DNA of 64,000 nt. Source: a virus (taxonomy: Duplodnaviria > Caudoviricetes). Below are positions 24,538 to 34,751 of this stretch, one piece after another. A model generated the notes under the pieces. It was not told the origin of the DNA and ran no database searches. It saw nothing but the letters and a program-made list of their open reading frames with translations. Each line of letters begins with the position of its first letter. Positions within the stretch are counted from its first letter, which is position 1. The translations under genes were made by a program, and so were the position numbers. The DNA is taken from positions 32,001 to 96,000 of IMG/VR virus record IMGVR_UViG_3300014039_000013; one strand, given 5' to 3'.

Positions 24538-24867
24538 TTAATATATTCTTTTATTCTCATAATTCCTGCAAAATTTCTTAAATTTTTTATGTGAAATATA
24601 TAAATCGAAAGTTGTTGTAGTTACAATTATATTATCTTCTGTTTTAGAAAAATGAAATTTTACATGTATAATCTTTCGATTCTCTTTATATTTAAAATGA
24701 TTTATATATACTATTGGAACATTTTTGTATTGATGAAATAATCTACATTCAATTTTATCCCAATTCCAAGCATATCTTAGCATATATGCATTTATAACAG
24801 TTCCATTTACATAGGGATTTAAATTATATGATGAACATAAATAAACTTTTAACAATCTTATATCCAT
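24538..24867 (-). CDS. Hypothetical protein, paralog of 18104-18469
   Basis: Motifs shared with the paralog. Confidence 0.7.
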   Translation of the reverse strand: MDIRLLKVYLCSSYNLNPYVNGTVINAYMLRYAWNWDKIECRLFHQYKNVPIVYINHFKYKENRKIIHVKFHFSKTEDNIIVTTTTFDLYISHKKFKKFCRNYENKRIY

Positions 24868-24961
24868 ATTATAAATAGCATATATTAATAAAAGAGATTT
24901 GATATAAGGCTTTTTTAATTAAATCTTGTGAATTTTCTTTACCTGTCATATAATAAAAACT

Positions 24962-24996
24962 AAAATAGGTGTTGCCCAATATTGAGCAACACCTAT
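24962..24996 (-). terminator. Intrinsic terminator-like hairpin
   Basis: ATAGGTGTTGC/GCAACACCTAT stem right after the stop at 24999, followed by a short U tract. Confidence 0.65.
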
Positions 24997-24998
24997 AA

Positions 24999-25415
24999 TT
25001 ATTGTCCTAATAGAGATTTGTCGTTAGGATATTTGGTACTTCTAATAAAATCTCCGTGTAAATATGCTGTATCCCAATTTATTTCGTCTGGTGGATAAAT
25101 TGCAAGTCCCTCTTTATTATGACAATTTCCCCAATTATTTAATAATACATCAAGCTTATATTTTTCGATTATTAATTCTTCTAAAAGTTCAATATTTTCT
25201 TTAAAGTTATCACATAAAAAGAAATAAGGATTTTCATCATTATCTTTATTTACAAATTTAGAAGGTTCGGTAATCATAACCATATCTCTAATTGTTTCTT
25301 TACAGGTATTGATTTGTTTATTTAAATCATCAATATCATCTTGAACCTCATATTTAGAATTGTACGTTTTTCTATTAAAAGAAATATTACAAAATAATTC
25401 AGTTGACCAGCTCAT
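24999..25415 (-). CDS. Hypothetical protein
   Basis: 138-aa ORF. Confidence 0.7.
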   Translation of the reverse strand: MSWSTELFCNISFNRKTYNSKYEVQDDIDDLNKQINTCKETIRDMVMITEPSKFVNKDNDENPYFFLCDNFKENIELLEELIIEKYKLDVLLNNWGNCHNKEGLAIYPPDEINWDTAYLHGDFIRSTKYPNDKSLLGQ

Positions 25416-25434
25416 AATTATATATTTTATAAAA

Positions 25435-25653
25435 TTACCATTTAGATTTAATCTTTAATTTTAGTTGTTTACAAGTTCCTACAGGAAGATCTTTAGGATA
25501 TAAAATACCTAAACTATCAAGCGTCTCTATATTAATCCAATCACAGTCTTCATTAGAATTAAAAATATTATCTTCTAAAATTGGTTCTGTTTTTCCAACA
25601 TAAAGATATAAACCTTGCGCATCATTGCACATCCAATAATTTTTATTTTTCAT
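25435..25653 (-). CDS. Hypothetical protein
   Basis: 72-aa ORF, TAATG-coupled to the upstream gene. Confidence 0.65.
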   Translation of the reverse strand: MKNKNYWMCNDAQGLYLYVGKTEPILEDNIFNSNEDCDWINIETLDSLGILYPKDLPVGTCKQLKLKIKSKW

Positions 25654-25907
25654 TATAGGGAATATTTAGTATTAAGTATTACTTCATTATATAATGATTC
25701 AGGGACCATATATGCATTATCAGGACATTGATGTCCTTCTATTTCCATACAGAATATACATTCTGACCATCTTGAATGACTCATAAAATCTTGAATCTCT
25801 GGCCATTGTACTAATATATACTTTTCTAATGTGTCACAAATAGCTGGCTTCATATCAATTTTAATTACTTTGACTTTTGTTAATACAATAGGATAATAAT
25901 CATTCAT
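25653..25907 (-). CDS. Hypothetical phage protein
   Basis: 84 aa, YILVQWPEIQDFM..AYMVPE. Confidence 0.7.
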   Translation of the reverse strand: MNDYYPIVLTKVKVIKIDMKPAICDTLEKYILVQWPEIQDFMSHSRWSECIFCMEIEGHQCPDNAYMVPESLYNEVILNTKYSL

Positions 25908-26093
25908 TTTCTAAACTTTTAAGTTAATTTTCTATGTCTTTAATTTTAATTTTCATATCTGTAAATATATCTGTCAGTATATTATTATGAATACATTTAC
26001 TTAAACTATTTAAAATAAGTAAAAATCCATTCATTTGTCCAATGAATATCCAAACTATTTTAGATTCTTTAATAGTCATATCTTATTTATGTA

Positions 26094-29000
26094 TTAAAAT
26101 AAACTTAATTGTCCATAATCTTCAATTACATTTTTTATTTTATTAGCTTCTGATATATAAAAATTATAATTAATATTATAATCTTTAATAGGTTTTTCTA
26201 TATATTTATTAAATAATGTTACTGAAAACCCTATATTAACTCCGTTTAATTTGCCGTTAAAATCTTTTAATAAAATTCCACCATTATTAGATATATAATA
26301 TCTTGTTGTTCTATTTAATTTATCGTTGACAATTAAACCTTTATCATTTAAATGTCTAAAATATGGTATAGATTTTGAATTTGTTTTTAATCTTAAACAA
26401 AAATCAAATATGTTTTTATGATTTGTTATAGTTTCTTTAATTGGAATACCATCTACAAAATATTTCTTTAAAGAAATAGGAACAACTTTCATAGAAGGAT
26501 CTTTATAATACTCTTTATCTATTTCAAAGCATCCTTTTAATTTGCAATGATTATTTTCTAGAGTATAATCATCGTATACTGCGATGTAATTATTTACGTC
26601 TCTGATTATCATCTTTTTATAGAATACTTCCTCAATAGTAAGACCTGTTTCTTTAGTTAATTGTTCGTTTGCTTCTCTAATTAAATGTAATTTTGATCTC
26701 GGTATAAGAATTGTTTGTCCATCCTTAACCTTTATATTTTCATATAAAGCCTGACTATATCTTTATATTAATTCCCAATTATATAATTGTTTTATCAGTT
26801 GTTTTGATTTTTTATTAACTAATTCAGATGTATATCCTCTCCACATATTAAAATATTTATCACATTTAGAATAAGAGTCAAATATCATTTCATCACCATC
26901 GACAAAAACTTTAATTTTTTCTTCTGTGACGATAGCTTTTCTATTTTCCAAACCTTTTTATAAACTCCTGTTCTTTTATTTGCTTTTTGTAACGCTTCTG
27001 GAGTAACATTAAAATGGTTACCTGCATCTTTCCATGAATTAAAAAATAATTCTTCATTAGTGTTAATATTAATCATTTTTACTTTAACAGCATTATTCTT
27101 ATTATTTTCTGTAACTATAGATAATGTTTCAGGTGAGTGTTTATATAATGCAGATTTTTCAGCAATTTTTTGCTTCCATTCTTCTGATAGTTTTATTCCT
27201 AAATTAGGCTTACCTCCAACAGTTGGAAATTTACAAATATTGTATTCAGGATTTAATGTTTGTATATAATATTCTTCTCGTTCTAAAATTTCTTGAGATG
27301 TTTTATTATTTAGAATTTCAATCAATTCAACTTTAAAATTATCAATACCATACTTATTGTATGCTCTCCATAATATAGGATGAATATTTTTATGATTTCC
27401 TTTTTTAAATAATTCATAACATCTACAATGTTCTCTAAATCTTTCTTTAAACGATCTATCTGAACTTCCTATATAAAAATGATTATTTATTTTATTAATA
27501 ATTTTATATACTCCGACAGATAATAAATCATCACTATTAATTTCAGTTAAATCAAAATAAATTGTTCTTACATGTTCATTTTTTCATAATTTATTATATT
27601 ATTTAGTTATACAATAAATATATGAAAAATTTGTCAGATCGTCAACTGATAATATAACAATTTTAAAAAATTAATATACTCCGCTTTTCCTACTAAAAAG
27701 TAGTACTCCATAATGGATAGTCGATGAACCTTCTCTATTTAAAGAGCTTGGCTGCGGATTGTCCAATCTTTAATGTTTTTACTATACCTAAAACATTACT
27801 TTTAGTAAATATACAGTAATTAAAGCTTAAGGAGTTTCCCGCAATTAACAGAGTTTTATAACACCAATGGACTATTTAGTGTTACTTTGCAAAAATTTTA
27901 CTTCTGGTACAGCTTTTATCCATCTTTCAGACCACATACATATAAAACATTGACCAGCAATAGTTGTCTTAAACGTATATAATGGATCGTAAAGAAAAGA
28001 TGATTCTTCTTTAGATTTTCCGTATGTACCATTAAGAATAAGCTTGTATCCTTCAATTAACGTTTGATTACGTTCATTTTTAGGTTTATGCTTCTCAGCA
28101 AGCCTATCTTTAATAAACTTTTCATACAGTTTAAGAAACGTAGGTCCTAAATGTTCTGGATAAAGACTTAAAGATTTAGCTATAGATGGATATAGTGACC
28201 CAATGTCGTAATCTACAATTATAAAATCATCATTTGATTCATAAATACCAGGTTTACAACATCCATGACAACCTCCTCCACCAAAGTCAAATTTATAATC
28301 ATGTGTAAGTATACTAAAACCGAAGTTTTTTATACTTTCTGTAGAATTAGGATCTATAATAGACGTATTAACTCTATTTAAAAATTGTTTAAATGGTTCT
28401 GATTGAATATTACACCATTTTGGAATACATTCCTTTAATATTATTTTTTCTCTTGGTGTTTTTAATTGTTTTAATTGTGGTATTGATATTCCTGATGCTC
28501 TAGAATAAAGACTTAATATAAGCTGATATCCCATTGGAACATCACCAAGATTTAATACATTAACTCCAAATTGTTTCTGTATATCTTGTCTTAATTTAAG
28601 TTTATTTTTTCCTTTGTATATTGAATATTCAGTTTTACCAATAGTAACTAAGAAAAATTTATATGTAGAGTATACATCATTAAGATTATATGAGAGTATA
28701 AGGTCTTCGTCCCCCTTTTTACACCAATGCGTATGATGAAGTGGCATTTCTTCTACATTTGGTAAACACATAGCTATTTCTAAATCCTTTAACGAACAAG
28801 CTCTAGCCTTATTATTAAAATGCCAAACCCTATATAGATCTAATTGAGGAATATATTTATTTTTATCAGCTATTGCTGAAAATTCCATTTCAATTATTTC
28901 TTGTGATTTCTTATAAAGCTGTTGAGCTAATTCTTGACCATTTAAATCTTTATATATATCAAAATGTTTAATTAAATGATGTAAAAGAGGATAATCATAT

Positions 29001-29191
29001 GACTCATTATTAAATCCAATCATTAATAATGATTTATCATCATTATTTAAATGATTATATAATTCTAAATAATCGTTTTTCCATTTACAAATAATATATT
29101 GATAATATTTTTTTTCTTTTATATTATAACCTGTATAAGTAAATAGATTTGACAAACATTCTAAATCATATACTTCAAATTTATTAATCAT
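26094..29191 (-). CDS. polB: Family B DNA polymerase split by one group I intron (exons 29191-27878 and 26723-26094; 647 aa)
   Basis: Exonuclease YDLE/GFNNESYD, motif A DIGSLYPS, motif B KLILNGTYG; motif C is restored on splicing as LQSNT|DGQTI; C-terminal RDVNNYIA..KLKG. Confidence 0.9.
26724..27877 (-). mobile_element. Group I intron in polB motif C
   Basis: P1: exon AACACU pairs with GGUGUU (U-G at the splice site). P10: GUCCAUU with exon GAUGGAC. Core UCGACUA and AGAUAUAGUC elements; terminal G at 26724. Confidence 0.88.
26763..27587 (-). pseudogene. Intron-encoded GIY-YIG homing endonuclease with two homopolymer frameshifts
   Basis: GVYKIINKINNHFYIGSS..RFREH..EREEYYI..PEYN. The ATG at 27587 is out of frame by one extra A; a second shift near 26915-26920 joins track ORFs 26885 and 26763. 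Confidence 0.75.
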
Positions 29192-30039
29192 ATAAAATCC
29201 TTTAATTCCTCACGTTTATTTTTAATAAGCCAATCTATACCTTTTTCTTTAAGCTGTCTTACTCTTTCAGATGATATATTTAATCTGCTTGCAAGTTCTT
29301 CAAGAGTAAGTTCTTGTGTTCCTATACCAAACATAGTTCTAACTATATCTGCCATTCGGTTATCTGGCATACTATTAATAATATAATTTAATCCATCTAT
29401 TCTATCATGTTTGGCACAATCAGAATCAGCTTCAAATTTTGAAGGAATTAAATTTTCTAATGTTATAGGTTCTTCTTCTGAACCATAATTTGTATCAAAA
29501 GAAGCATAATGTTGTTTAGTTAATTTTATTTGTCTTACTTCTTCTTCTGATAATTGCATATAATTAGCAATATCTTCAATTTCTGGATCTTTCTTTAATA
29601 CCTTTGTTAAAAATTGAACCGCTTTATTATATCTGTTTATTTTTACAGATTGGCCTACTGGTATATAAACATTTCCACTTTTAACATAAATGGCATTTAC
29701 AATAAAATTTTTAATCCACCAAACAGCGTAAGTAATAAACCTTACTCCAATATTTGGTTTAAATTCTTTTGCTGCAACACAAAGACCCATATTGCCTTCG
29801 CAAATCAAATCGTTTAGACAAATTCCTCTACCTTGATATTGTTTTGCAACTGTAATAACAAATTTAAGATTGTGCTTAATTAATTCATCTAATGCTTGTT
29901 TATCTCCATTTTGAATCTTTTTAGACAATTCTTTTTCTTGTAATGTAGACAAACTTTTATAATTTTTAATGTCTTTAAAATATCTAACTAATAAATCATC
30001 TGCATAAGTGTAACTACCTCCTTTTGTTATATTTTTCAT
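29188..30039 (-). CDS. RpoD/SigA-family sigma-70 factor lacking region 1.1
   Basis: NLKFVITVAKQYQGRG..DLICEGNMGL..RFITYAVWWI (region 2) and TLEELASRLNISSERVRQ (region 4.2). Confidence 0.9.
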   Translation of the reverse strand: MKNITKGGSYTYADDLLVRYFKDIKNYKSLSTLQEKELSKKIQNGDKQALDELIKHNLKFVITVAKQYQGRGICLNDLICEGNMGLCVAAKEFKPNIGVRFITYAVWWIKNFIVNAIYVKSGNVYIPVGQSVKINRYNKAVQFLTKVLKKDPEIEDIANYMQLSEEEVRQIKLTKQHYASFDTNYGSEEEPITLENLIPSKFEADSDCAKHDRIDGLNYIINSMPDNRMADIVRTMFGIGTQELTLEELASRLNISSERVRQLKEKGIDWLIKNKREELKDFI

Positions 30040-30085
30040 AATTAATTTTAAAAGATTTCAATATTATCTATATTATTAAATAAAT

Positions 30086-31306
30086 TTAATCTTCTAAATC
30101 AAATCTAAATACTCTCATTTTTGGTTGGGTTGGAATTCCATCATCAGAATAATTAAAGAAAGTACATTCAGCTTTATGTCCTCTATATTTATTATCAAAG
30201 TTTTCAACATATTCTGCTTTAGTAGCCCTATCTCCACAAGGCATAGCTTCAAATGTTCTTCCATCATCCAATTCACAAGTAAAGGTCATATCTTCAGATC
30301 CTCTAAGTCCTAATTTATAACCTATTACTTTAAAATCTTCAGATTTGTATTGTTTAATCTTTATAAGATTATTACAACGTGAACCAGGTTTATAAGGTTT
30401 TTCTGGATCTGTAATTACAGCTCCTTCAAATCCTTCAGCTACCCATTTATCATGAAGCCATTTCATATTATCCCAACCAGAAGTAGATTCATGACCCAGT
30501 ATTCTTATAGGATCTTTAATAGAATCATCATCTATTGTAAGATATACAAATATTCCAAATTTATGATTAAGTTCCTTAATTAAAAATTTATATCTTTCTT
30601 TAGCTATTATATCTGGATTAGCTGTATCATAACAATCATATATCCAATATTGCAACCAATCACAATCTACTGCATTCTTTTCCATTCTGGCGGCTCCACT
30701 AATTTGTTGAAGTGTTTTACCTCTAACAAAAAGTTCTCCATCTAGAATTATAGTAGGATTAGCTTTAAAGAAATCAATTAATGGTTGATATGTTCGTAAA
30801 TGAGTAGTTGCAGGATCGTAGTCTTCGCCTCCTCTGCTCGAAGTGTGTATTTCTCCATCTTTGTAGTAGAATAAAGCTTTTAATCCATCGAGTTTTCGTG
30901 AAATAAGCCACTCTTTATCAAATATCTTAGGATTAGTAACTTTATTAGCTTGTTTAGCAAGCTGAGGTTTGATTACTCCATATTGATTTGTTTTCACTTC
31001 ACCAAATATAGAATTGAGTTCTTCTTCTGTATATTCATTAGGATGCTTATCTACTTTAATATACCCCTTATCTAGAAATCCTTTTACTAAACTATTAAAT
31101 TGAAGTATAGCTTGTTCTCTGTGGGTACGCTTTGCTTTTCCAACTTTAATCCAAGTATCTGGGCTTTTTGTAGTTTTTCCTCTAACCTGTCCATATTCTC
31201 GAGTAATTAGAAATCCATGTTCAGGCTCTTTCCATTCTTCATCCCAATTAACTACAGAAAAACGAAACTTACCATTTGATGCTTTTCCTAATAAATATAT
31301 TATCAT
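30086..31306 (-). CDS. ATP-dependent DNA ligase
   Basis: KLDG adenylation motif, LDGEL, FEGAV, KIK and a C-terminal OB-type region. Confidence 0.9.
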   Translation of the reverse strand: MIIYLLGKASNGKFRFSVVNWDEEWKEPEHGFLITREYGQVRGKTTKSPDTWIKVGKAKRTHREQAILQFNSLVKGFLDKGYIKVDKHPNEYTEEELNSIFGEVKTNQYGVIKPQLAKQANKVTNPKIFDKEWLISRKLDGLKALFYYKDGEIHTSSRGGEDYDPATTHLRTYQPLIDFFKANPTIILDGELFVRGKTLQQISGAARMEKNAVDCDWLQYWIYDCYDTANPDIIAKERYKFLIKELNHKFGIFVYLTIDDDSIKDPIRILGHESTSGWDNMKWLHDKWVAEGFEGAVITDPEKPYKPGSRCNNLIKIKQYKSEDFKVIGYKLGLRGSEDMTFTCELDDGRTFEAMPCGDRATKAEYVENFDNKYRGHKAECTFFNYSDDGIPTQPKMRVFRFDLED

Positions 31307-31623
31307 TTACGATATTTTTTTATAATATTCCAAAGATCATCTATAGTTTCTGTAGGTATTTCATTATCATCTTTATCCCACATCTTAAAATCTGATCTAC
31401 CTCTTTTATCATATATCCACCAATTTATAGTATCTATACCATCATTGGTAAATAACATATTAATAGTATTTTCAAATAATTGAGTAGCATAATCTATCCA
31501 ATCACATTCAAATAATGATGTAAAATTTAAGACTTTAGATACTTCATCAATTCTATTTGACCAGTGTATATGATCTTCAATTAATTTATTAAACTCTTCT
31601 TTACTTATCATAATTAATACCAA
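31303..31623 (-). CDS. Hypothetical protein
   Basis: 106 aa, DTINWWIYD..ETIDDLWN. Confidence 0.7.
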   Translation of the reverse strand: MVLIMISKEEFNKLIEDHIHWSNRIDEVSKVLNFTSLFECDWIDYATQLFENTINMLFTNDGIDTINWWIYDKRGRSDFKMWDKDDNEIPTETIDDLWNIIKKYRK

Positions 31624-31976
31624 ATATCAAAGTAAATATCTTCTTCATTATCTAGTGAATCAAAAGCTTCAAAGAGATTATTTTCAATATAATCACATAC
31701 TTTTTGAACATCTTTAAAGTAATATTCATCATATTCTGTACTTCCAAAGAAAAATCCAGACATTGTTGGTAATAATTGTTCTGCCTTTGAATGATCATTA
31801 ATAACTTGTAGACAACGATTGTACAAATCTTCTATCATTTCTTTATTAATAAGAAATAATTGTTGATTATCAACATCCATTCCTTTATCTTGAAAGAATT
31901 TTACCAGAAAATTTACTTTTCTAAAATATCCAATAGATTCACTTCTACGTTTTATAAAATTAATATCTAAGCCCAT
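31614..31976 (-). CDS. Conserved-looking phage protein (MGLD..YFRKVN..GFFFGSTEYD)
   Basis: 120-aa ORF with recognisable phage motifs. Confidence 0.75.
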   Translation of the reverse strand: MGLDINFIKRRSESIGYFRKVNFLVKFFQDKGMDVDNQQLFLINKEMIEDLYNRCLQVINDHSKAEQLLPTMSGFFFGSTEYDEYYFKDVQKVCDYIENNLFEAFDSLDNEEDIYFDIWY

Positions 31977-31989
31977 TTTATATAAAATT

Positions 31990-32015
31990 ATAGAGGAGAT
32001 ATAAATCTCCTCTAT
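31990..32015 (-). terminator. Hairpin, possible terminator or processing site
   Basis: ATAGAGGAGAT/ATCTCCTCTAT perfect 11-bp inverted repeat just after the GIY-YIG stop. Confidence 0.55.
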
Positions 32016-32027
32016 TGTTAATGATTT

Positions 32028-32786
32028 TTATTCTATTTTCCAAAAATAACCCATATACATTTTACGTTTCCCTTTTATCACCTAATTAATTTTTCCTTTA
32101 TTCGGAATTTCTAAAAAATCATACGCCTCTTTCATAGAATTAAATATGTGTTTTTCAGTACTATTATAAGCAATTAGATGATCAAATTTTATGCGTCCGA
32201 ATTTTTTAGGATCAGGGGTGATTTTATCTAACTTTTCATATCTCCAAATAAAAGACGCACATGTTCTTCTCTTATTTTTGCAACATTCTGAAATATGACA
32301 GGCGTTATCTAAAGAAATATTTAATGCTTTACAAGCTTCTCTAATACATTCATATTCTTGAATAAATTCTCCAGTATCCTTATTATACTAATATACTTTT
32401 ACAGATTTATTATTATTAACACTGTAACGTACTGGAGGATTTTCTCCACCTTCTGTAATATTTGTTAATACATCACCTAGATTCTATTTAATCCAAGAAA
32501 TTATATAAATTTCATTATTCAACGCATCTGATTCACTAGAATTTGTATTTAAAATTACAAATTTAGGAAAATAACCTCCCTATTTTAGTTTTAATAATAA
32601 ATTCTTTTTATGTGGATTAGAATCACACCTAATATTACCTGAGCGATAGTGATCTGTACATCTAGTTCCAGAACCCTTACCTACATAAAATGGAAGGTAT
32701 TCAAATTTAATAGAATTAAATTCCCAAGTAAAAGGCTTTCTTGGATCTAATAATATATAATTATAATATTTATTTTCCTGCTACAT
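32028..32786 (-). CDS. Free-standing GIY-YIG endonuclease with NUMOD1-like domains, 252 aa, five TAG=Gln codons (not in the ORF track)
   Basis: M(TAG)QENKYYNYILLDPRK..PFYVGKGSGTRCTDH..LTNITEGGE..KVY(TAG)YNKDTGEFIQEY. TAGs start at 32783, 32582, 32486, 32390 and 32084; TAA at 32028-32030. Confidence 0.82.
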
Positions 32787-34444
32787 AATTCCCATTTTCA
32801 TCCAAGTTAGTACTTCCAAATCCACCCGTACCTCGCTCTGAATCAGAAAGTGTTTCTACCTCGTTCCAATCAATATGAAATACAGGCATTAGAACTGCTT
32901 GTGCAACACGTTCCCCATCTTCAAGCCATACAGTTTCCTGGCCTTGATTCACTACAGGCAAACCCCACTCATTTCTATAACCCATTTTGTAATTTACTCA
33001 GAACTCTTTATTTCTGACTCTAAAATTTCTTCTATAGATTTATTATATCCATCTATTGTTATATTTTTAGTTTGGACTATATAATCATTAATAATATTAC
33101 ATATATTATTAAGCAAGGCACTCGTGTCAGTATTACTTTCCTCAGCTTTACCTGTTCGGAATCGACTGTTAGTCTCTGAACTTTCAAAAATATTACTATT
33201 TAAGCTTAGCTGCTGATTGTCCACTTTTGGAGTTTCCAGCAATTCACCTTGTTTAAGGACGCCAATTATATTATGAATGGAGATTTCTGCAATTTGTAAT
33301 AAATTATTATGTATTGTTTTATGTTGTTTTCTTGTTAATGGAATAAAATTTGAAAGAGCATTATTCGAATGATTTCCATCTATATGATGCACGTTTATAT
33401 TATATTTAGGATTGAATTTTACAATCTTATTTTCTTCTTCGAAAAATACATTATTAAATTTTTTATGATTCCGAAGAACATTAAGCCTGTGTTGTGTAAT
33501 TCTCCCATCTTTGTTAGAATCTGGATATTCTGGAGCGTATACAAACATATCTTCAACATGATTATTCTTCTTTGGTAATGCTCTGTCTTTAAAAGATGCA
33601 TTTATTTTTCCTTTTAATCCATATTGATGATTATTTTTTCCAATAAATGTTGTTTCTTTTAGTTTAGAAGCGCATTCTTTACTACAACAAGGTGTTGATT
33701 TTATACGATTGTAAGAATAGGGTTTTAACTTAAATTCTTTACCACAAATTGGACAGATACAACTAATTTTTTGAGAATATCGTTCACTATTATATTTAGC
33801 AAGACATACTACAGAACAACAATGATAATTCTTAGCTCTACATGGAAGTACATATTCTTCTTTACCACAAGTAGCGCAAACAACTTTAATTCTTTCAACT
33901 TTTGTACCAATCTTTTTCCCTTTTCTTCCTAAATTTGAACATTCCTTACAGCAATATTTTCTTTTACTACTTTGTTTTGCTTCAAATTCTTTTCCACAAT
34001 ATTCACAAATAAATTTTGCCATTAATTATTAATTTTATATTTAACATACTATAAATATAAAATTAAATTAGTAAATTTACACGGAACTATTAATAATTAA
34101 CAAATTTTAGCGTCCACCGTGCCTACACAGTTAATCAAATTTAGACCATTTTTGATACTCAAACCACTTCTTGGACGTAGCTCAACCTGCCATCCTTCGG
34201 GGATAGCTGTAAATATACCAGTAGGAAGAATAGCTCTAGCACCTGGTTCAAGACGAATCATTGTTTTAGAATGAGCTTCACCTGCAAATATAACTTCGGC
34301 ATCACCAAATACTTTAATAGGATTTTCTGGAGTTGTTCTACTAAAATCAATACGAATATCACATCCAGCATCTCCTTTTGTAGCATAATTAGGAAGTTTA
34401 TTTTCAGATTTGTTAATCACATTTACAGTTATTTTCTTTTCCAT
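32770..34444 (-). CDS. dut: Trimeric dUTPase split by a group I intron (exons 34444-34109 and 32982-32770; 182 aa)
   Basis: AGCD, RPRSGLS, motif 3 restored as GTVDA|GYR, ERVAQ, RGTGGFGST. Confidence 0.9.
32983..34108 (-). mobile_element. Group I intron in dut motif 3
   Basis: Exon GGACGCU pairs with GGCGUCC about 840 nt downstream; GGUGAAUUGCUGGAAACUCC, AGAGACUA and AUAUAGUCC core elements; terminal G at 32983. Confidence 0.85.
32994..34022 (-). CDS. Intron-encoded HNH endonuclease with three CxxCGKE..CCSxxC zinc-finger repeats
   Basis: VHHIDGNHSNNALSNF..HKTIH; the ORF runs on through the ribozyme core. Confidence 0.85.
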   Translation of the reverse strand: MAKFICEYCGKEFEAKQSSKRKYCCKECSNLGRKGKKIGTKVERIKVVCATCGKEEYVLPCRAKNYHCCSVVCLAKYNSERYSQKISCICPICGKEFKLKPYSYNRIKSTPCCSKECASKLKETTFIGKNNHQYGLKGKINASFKDRALPKKNNHVEDMFVYAPEYPDSNKDGRITQHRLNVLRNHKKFNNVFFEEENKIVKFNPKYNINVHHIDGNHSNNALSNFIPLTRKQHKTIHNNLLQIAEISIHNIIGVLKQGELLETPKVDNQQLSLNSNIFESSETNSRFRTGKAEESNTDTSALLNNICNIINDYIVQTKNITIDGYNKSIEEILESEIKSSE

Positions 34445-34700
34445 AGTTTTTAAGTAGATTATTTAAAGAATTAATTACGTTTTCAGCTTCTGAATAAAAA
34501 GCTTTAATAATTTTATTATCTTTATTTGTTATTACAATAAATGGATCTAATTTAGCACTACAATAATTTTTTATTTTCCATGCTTTTTTCTTTGTTTTTT
34601 TAGATTGTATATCTAAAAAATTAACTTTATAATTCTCTAAAATCTCAGAATTAATTTGTTTAATTTGAGATTCATCATTATAAATAATTGTAATTTCCAT
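34413..34700 (-). CDS. Possible thioredoxin-fold protein
   Basis: 95 aa adjacent to dut; the DPFIVI..IKAFYSE pattern is only suggestive and there is no CxxC. Confidence 0.45.
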   Translation of the reverse strand: MEITIIYNDESQIKQINSEILENYKVNFLDIQSKKTKKKAWKIKNYCSAKLDPFIVITNKDNKIIKAFYSEAENVINSLNNLLKNYGKENNCKCD

Positions 34701-34751
34701 TATCCTACTAATTCATAAATAGGAAGAGTTGAATTAACTACCCAATCAAAT

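Noticed and set aside
27872-27874. TAG ending the polB N-terminal ORF as a read-through site
   Set aside because: It lies inside the intron just after the 5' splice site, and an in-frame TAA follows within a few codons.
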